Assembly (NCBI GenBank): GCA_032718475.1
Contig: JAUCBJ010008252.1
Span: 1-51,527 of the forward strand
DNA length: 51,527 nt
Direction of reading: 5' to 3'
Source of the DNA: Nemertoderma westbladi
Taxonomy: Eukaryota > Animalia > Xenacoelomorpha
Position numbers and translations under genes: made by a program. Positions 45,501 to 51,527 of the stretch are shown here, piece after piece. The notes beneath the pieces were generated by a model, which was not told where the DNA came from, did not search any database, and worked only from the letters and a program-made list of their open reading frames with translations. Numbering within the stretch: position 1 is the stretch's first letter; every line of letters begins with the position of its first letter.

Positions 45501-48120
45501 TCCAGGTGTTCACTGATTGGTTCCCTAACTAATCATATCAACCAACGTCCAGGTGTTCACTGATTGGTTCCCCAACTAACCATATCAACGTCCAGATTTT
45601 CACTGATTGGTTCCCTAACTAATCATATCAACCAACGTCCAGATGTTTACTGATTGGTTCCCTAACTAACCATATCAACGTCCAGGTGTTCACTGATTGG
45701 TTCCCTAACTAACCATATCAACGTCCAGGTGTTCACTGATTGGTTCCCTAACTAACCATATCAACGTCCAGGTGTTCACTGATTGGTTCCCTAACTAATC
45801 ATATGAACCAACGTCCAGATGTTTACTGATTGGTTCCCCAACTAACCATATCAACGTCCAGGTGTTCACTGATTGGTTCCCTAACTAACCATATCAACCA
45901 ACGTCCAGATGTTTACTGATTGGTTCCCCAACTAACCATATCAACGTCCAAATGTTCACTGATTGGTTCCCTAACTAATCATATCAACCAACGTCCAGGT
46001 GTTCACTGATTGGTTCCCTAATTAACCATATCAACGTCCAGGTGTTCACTGATTGGTTCCCTAACTAATCATATGAACCAACGTCCAGATGTTTACTGAT
46101 TGGTTCCCCAACTAACCATATCAACGTCCAGGTGTTCACTGATTGGTTCCCTAACTAACCATATCAACGTCCAGGTGTTCACTGATTGGTTCCCTAACTA
46201 ATCATAACAACCAACGTCCAGATGTTTACTGATTGGTTCCCTAACTAACCATATCAACGTCCAGGTGTTCACTGATTGGTTCCCTAACTAATCATATCAA
46301 CCAACGTCCAGATGTTTACTGATTGGTTCCCTAACTAACCATAACAACGTCCAGGTGTTCACTGATTGGTTCCCTAACTAATCATATCAACCAACGTCCA
46401 GATCTTCACTGATTGGTTCCCTAACAAACCATATCAACGTCCAGATGTTTACTGATTGGTTCCCTAACTAACCATATCAACGTCCAGATGTTCACTGATT
46501 GGTTCCCCAACTAACCATATCAACGTCCAGATGTTCACTGATTGGTTCCCCAACTAACCATATCAACGTCCAGGTGTTCACTGATTGGTTCCCTAACTAA
46601 TCATATCAACGTCCAGATGTTCACTGATTGGTTCCCTAAATAACCATATCAACGTCCAGGTGTTCACTGATTGGTTCCCTAACTAACCATATCAACGTCC
46701 AGATGTTTACTGATTGGTTCCCTAACTAACCATATCAACGTCCAGATGTTCACTGATTCGTTCCCCAACAACTAACAATATCAACGTCCAGATGTTCACT
46801 GATTGGTTCCCTAACAAACCATATCAACGTCCAGATGTTCACTGATTGGTTCCCCAACTAACCATATCAACGTCCAGATGTTCACTGATTGGTTCCCCAA
46901 CAACTAACCATATCAACGTCCAGATGTTCACTGATTGGTTCCCTAACAAACCATATCAACGTCCAGATGTTCACTGATTGGTTCCCTAACAAACCATATC
47001 AACGTCCAGATGTTCACTGATTGGTTCCCCAACTAACCATATCAACGTCCAGATGTTCACTGATTGGTTCCCCAACTAACCATATCAACGTCCAGATGTT
47101 CACTGATTGGTTCCCCAACTAACCATATCAACGTCCAGATGTTCACTGATTGGTTCCCCAACAACTAACCATATCAACGTCCAGATGTTCACTGATTGGT
47201 TCCCTAACTAACCATATCAACGTCCAGATGTTCACTGATTGGTTCCCCAACTAACCATATCAACGTCCAGATGTTCACTGATTGGTTCCCCAACTAACCA
47301 TATCAACGTCCAGATGTTCACTGATTGGTTCCCCAACTAACCATATCAACGTCCAGATGTTCACTGATTGGTTCCCCAACTAACCATATCAACGTCCAGA
47401 TGTTCACTGATTGGTTCCCCAACAACTAACCATATCAACGTCCAGATGTTCACTGATTGGTTCCCTAACTAACCATATCAACGTCCAGATGTTCACTGAT
47501 TGGTTCCCTAACTAACCATATCAACGTTCAGATGTTCACTGATTGGTTCTCCAACAACTAACCATATCAACGTCCAGATGTTCACTGATTGGTTCCCTAA
47601 CTAACCATATCAACGTCCAGATGTTCACTGATTGGTTCCCCAACAGCTAACCATATCAACGTCCAGGTGTTCACTGATTGGTTCCCTAACTAACCATATC
47701 AACGTCCAGATGTTCACTGATTGGTTCCCTAACTAACCATATCAACGTCCAGATGTTCACTGATTGGTTCCCCAACAACTAACCATATCAACGTCCAGAT
47801 GTTCACTGATTGGTTCCCTAACTAACCATATCAACGTCCAGATGTTCACTGATTGGTTCCCCAACAACTAACCATATCAACGTCCAGATGTTCACTGATT
47901 GGTTCCCTAACTAACCATATCAACGTCCAGATGTTCACTGATTGGTTCCCCAACAACTAACCATATCAACGTCCAGATGTTCACTGATTGGTTCCCTAAC
48001 TAACCATATCAACGTCCAGATGTTCACTGATTGGTTCCCCAACAACTAACCATATCAACGTCCAGATGTTCACTGATTGGTTCCCTAACTAACCATATCA
48101 ACGTCCAGATGTTCACTTAT
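42520..48120 (-). repeat. 43-bp satellite derived from the ALDH exon/intron donor junction, ~125-130 copies (43/46/47-bp variants)
   Basis: Minus-strand unit atcagtgaacatctggacgttgatatg|gttagttagggaacca. The outermost copy is the real exon end (ISEHLDVDM|gttagt at 48094/48093). Confidence 0.97.
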
Positions 48121-48291
48121 AGCAGCTCCAGCAGTTGGTCCGTATCCTGGAATCACGTTAACTACCCCAGCCGGGACTCCCGCTTCTAGAATCAACGAAC
48201 ACAGATGTAAAGCCGTTAACGGCGTCTGTTCAGCCGGCTTAATAACCATCACGTTCCCAGTAGCTAATCCAGGGGCTACTTTATTCATTAT
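48094..48291 (-). CDS. ALDH2: ALDH exon
   Basis: tag|[28 protein letters not shown]...[25 protein letters not shown]|gttagt. 198 nt, phase 0/0. Confidence 0.93.
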
Positions 48292-48411
48292 CTATTGATA
48301 TTCAATATAAAAAGAATCTGCGAATGCAAATTAATGCTATTATTGTCAAAATCGTAAAATTTGCGAATCGGAGGGAAGTGTAAACCAGAAACGCAATCAA
48401 ACTACCCTGTG

Positions 48412-49005
48412 TTATAACACCCAAAGCATAAAGTAGAACACCCAAAGCATAAAGTAGAACACCCAAAGCATAAAGTAGAACACCCAAATCATAAAGTAGA
48501 ACACCCAATGCAAAAAGTATAATACCCTAAGCATAAAGTAGAACACCTAGGGTATAAGGTATAAACCCTAAGCATAAAGTATAACACACTAAGCATAAAG
48601 TATAACACCCTAACCCTAAAACTAGAACACCCAAAGCATAAAGTATAACACCCTAAGCATAAAGTAGAACACCCAATGCAAAAAGTATAACACCCTAAGC
48701 ATAAAGTAGAACACCAAATGCAAAAAGTATAACACCCTAAGCATAAAGTAGAACACCCAAAGCAGAAAGTAGAACACCTAAAGCATAAAGTATAACACTC
48801 TTTGCATAAAGTATAACACACTAAGCATAAAGTATAACACCCTAACCCTAAAACTAGAACACCCAATGCAAAAAGTATAACACCCTAAGCATAAAGTAGA
48901 ACACACTAAGCATAAAGTAGAACACCCTAAGCATCAAGTAGAACACACTACGCATAAAGCAGAACACCCAAAACCTAAAGTAGACCACCCTAAGAATAAA
49001 GTTCA
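48412..49005. repeat. ~21-22-bp minisatellite (aacaccc[t/a]aagcataaagta[g/t])n, ~27 copies, intronic
   Basis: Directly visible degenerate array. Confidence 0.92.
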
Positions 49006-49226
49006 AACCGAGTAAGAATAAAGTTGGACAGCCTTAGGGTAACCGCGATACCCTAAGCTAATGCTGAACATTCACAAATTTAAACCTGGGCATGTGAATG
49101 AATCATATTGGATTACAATTGCGCGGGAAAAAATACTATATAGTTTGGTACATACAGATAATTCATGGAATCACAGACAAACGGCAGACGTGTATCTATT
49201 CTAGAATAATATAATAATTAAGTTAC

Positions 49227-49528
49227 CATAGGCAGGGGATAGTTCCAAGGAGCTATGCCACCAAGTATTCCTATTGGCTCGTACTTTGTGTAGGAGAAGT
49301 ACGGTCCGTTGGACGGGAGAACTTGTCCGGTTAATTTGTCCGTCCAACCCGCGTGGTATCGCAACATCTCGACGGATTCAGACATATCACCCAAAGCTTT
49401 ATCGTAAGGTTTCCCATTGTCTAAGACCTCGAGGCTAGCCAGCGTCTCGGTGTCCCGTACTATCAGGTCGGCTAGTTTATTTAGTAGGTCGCGGCGCTGT
49501 ACAGGTGAGTAACTGCGCCATTCGGAAT
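49227..49528 (-). CDS. ALDH2: ALDH exon
   Basis: tag|(D)SEWRSYSPVQRRDLLNKLADLIVRD...LEVLDNGKPY...RYHAGWTDKLTG...YEPIGILGGIAPWNYPLPM|gtaact. 302 nt, phase 1/0. Confidence 0.92.
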
Positions 49529-50036
49529 CTAGAGCAGCCGAAAGTAAAAACGTTATATAAGAAAAAAAAATAATAACCAATACACATCGATTCAAATCGA
49601 TACCAAAAATTACAGGCACATTGCGATATAATGATGGCATGGGGATGAATTTCTTGTTGGTATCAATTCAAGCATGTTTTAAGTTAAATGCGAATGAGCT
49701 AATCTCTTTGGACGTACTGCATGTTGTTAGCGGCTTCTGTGGAATTAAGGTTTTCTGTAGACTTTGGATTTATTTACAACAAAACAGAAAAAAATCCTAG
49801 TTATTCACAAGCCCTCAGCTTTGTTAATAGAGTATATGGATTCTTGAAATTGTACAGAAAGCCTAATTCCCCAAAACAACAGAAGTACTTCTTAAGACCT
49901 TCGGTTTTTCTCTAAATAATATTTTTTATCTGATCACTGACTTCGATCAGTCTGACTGCACTGTCCTTAGCTTCATGTAGCATGTAGTCCATGTACTGAA
50001 TGTATGTTACCGAGACCGACACACAAAATCATTCAC

Positions 50037-50103
50037 CTTGATGGAATGCTGCTTTGGCTGCCTTTACGGCCTTGTCAACATCAGCTTTGTCTCCTTCCTG
50101 AAC
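50037..50103 (-). CDS. ALDH2: ALDH exon (most 5' exon found; earlier exons probably outside the window)
   Basis: tttttag|VQEGDKADVDKAVKAAKAAFHQ+g|gtgaat. 67 nt, and the phase-1 end matches the next exon. Confidence 0.9.
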
Positions 50104-50269
50104 CTAAAAACAGAGAAATAAAAGACATGAAAGAACACGAAGTGGGGCCTTGTCGCAGAACATGAGATAAATTAATGTTAAGTGTCGGTTAACTCATAAA
50201 AATTATAAGCAATAAATTATAAGCAGATTCCCCCTAAACGCTTTTACTTTGGTCACTTCTCCTTTGCCG

Positions 50270-50470
50270 AAGTCAAGACTGCCGCAAATAATAGAGGAAT
50301 CGCGCCAGTGGAGTAGATGATGTCCCTCCTGAAGTTCTAAATAAATAACCTGAGTGTTTGAAGCTCATTCATCCCATCTTTGTTATAGACATGTATTGAA
50401 AACTAATAGTGTCCCACAAGAAATGGAAACAAATAAGTTGGTGCCAGTTCCAAAGAAGGTCAACCTAGTG
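50270..50470 (+). mobile_element. Small decayed LINE RT fragment
   Basis: SGVDDVPPEVL followed by VPQEMETNKLVPVPKK, which resembles the RT N-terminal GxDxIPxE / W..IVPxPKKG motifs. Confidence 0.5.
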
Positions 50471-50522
50471 AGCAATACAATTTTTTGATAATTTTTGAGA
50501 GAGAGATATTTTTTCTAAAATG

Positions 50523-50557
<35 letters not shown>

Positions 50558-50943
50558 GGGTCAAATAGGGTTAAGAAGTACCGGTATTCGATTATAACGC
50601 CAAATAATTCACAATAAAATATAACACAATAATTCTATTATTTTATAGGTAGTATTTTATAAGTAAATATCGGTGTAAATATTAAAATTATAAAGACGAC
50701 ACACGACACCAACAACTGTTTGCAATTATTGAGGGACGCCCGGCCCTTTAACACACAAGTCCCTAAAAGGTGCCACCCTGCTCCATAGCGCGGGAAATTC
50801 AAATGATTGAAAGACATGTAATTTGTACTGGAAAGGGTGGCAGATCAGATCTGCCACCTATATTTTGGCGGTAAATTCAAATCTGTTTTAACATTGAATA
50901 CATGAATAGAGTAAGACTAATGTAATTCATTGAATCAGAATAA

Positions 50944-51524
50944 ATTATTTCTTATCGGTTTAACTCACTCATCCGTTATTGTTGTTGTTTTATCTATTCT
51001 GGGACTTCGAGCAGCACGTGAACAACTAAGCTGAGTGGTTAACTCGTCTGGGGTTTCGAGCAGCAAGTGAACAGCTAAGCTGACTGGTTAACTAGTCTGG
51101 GACTTCGAGTAGCACGTGACCAGCTAAGCTGACTGGTTAACTAGTCTGGGACTTCGAGCAGCACGTGAACAGCTAAGCTGACTGACTAACTAGTCTGGGA
51201 CTTCGAGCAGCACGTGAACAACTAAGCTGATTGGTTAACTAGTCTGGGACTTCAAGCGGTTGAATCAAATTACTTATTATCATATTTCCATAACAAATTG
51301 TACACCGTGTGTTGCAGTATGTACGTGGGTACGTACTAAATGGTCAAGGAGCTAGAGCAGTAGACTTCATACTGTAAACTTCTTACTGTAGTAGTCAGTT
51401 TAGCAGTTAACCAGTCAGCTTAGTTGTTCACGTGCTGCTCGAAGCCCCAAAATAGAGAAATATAAAAGATAGATGGAAAACAACTACAATAACGGATGAG
51501 TGAGTTAAACCGATAATAAATAAT
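50944..51524. mobile_element. TIR element (MITE-like) with an internal 49-bp tandem array
   Basis: attatttcttatcggtttaactcactcatccgttattg at the left end is inverted at the right end. About five copies of ctgggacttcgagcagcacgtgaacagctaagctgactggttaactagt lie at 50999-51255, plus one inverted copy at ~51405-51450. Confidence 0.8.
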
Positions 51525-51527
51525 ATA

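Noticed and set aside
42520-48093. Repeat units as a chain of 21-nt GT-AG introns with 22-nt coding microexons
   Set aside because: 21 nt is very short for a metazoan intron, 22-nt exons shift the frame, and direct splicing from 48094 to 42468 gives the canonical ALDH sequence (HLDVDM-VIFTGS).
42520-48120. CRISPR-like appearance of the 22-47-bp arrays
   Set aside because: The units are head-to-tail with no unique spacers, there are no cas genes, and the context is eukaryotic.
48302-48866. Hydrophobic or Cys-rich ORFs (LGVLLYA)n / (CYTLCLG)n
   Set aside because: These are translations of the intronic ~21-bp minisatellite.
50524-50574. Long C/G homopolymers (also ~17988, ~41978, ~13284, ~6903) as regulatory G4 elements
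   Set aside because: They sit in or next to TE fragments (here a piggyBac-like end, ...aatagggttaa), and homopolymer lengths are unreliable in assemblies.

Overview
AT-rich, repeat-dense eukaryotic genomic DNA, most likely from an invertebrate animal (GT-AG introns, LINEs, MITEs). It contains four host genes. (1) An intronless ECH1-type dienoyl-CoA isomerase (+, 4920-5891). (2) An intronless 1014-aa RNase (-, 8784-11828) that joins an N4BP1/KHNYN-like N-terminal KH-like region, a long SQ/TQ-rich tandem-repeat linker, an NYN/PIN catalytic domain, a Regnase-type CCCH finger and a helical C-terminal domain. (3) An ALDH1A/ALDH2-family aldehyde dehydrogenase (-). Seven of its exons (16286-50103) splice in frame, and the 5' exon(s) appear to lie beyond the window. 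(4) A nested, same-strand, intronless gene for a 10-Cys, signal-peptide, probably GPI-anchored protein inside an ALDH intron (29600-30238). The ALDH introns hold about 21 kb of satellites with 36-bp, 22-bp, 43-bp and ~21-bp units. The 43-bp array is the most striking feature. It is a ~125-130-fold tandem amplification of the ALDH exon-end/5'-splice-site junction itself, which appears to have turned a ~61-nt intron into a 5.6-kb intron full of decoy donors. Mobile elements include a decayed CR1/L2-type LINE carrying a 2A 'DIETNPGP' ribosome-skipping motif, several RTE-like fragments, hAT, Harbinger and piggyBac MITEs with target-site duplications, and a SINE. All copy numbers are estimates from array length divided by unit length, and family assignments come from recalled motifs, not database searches.
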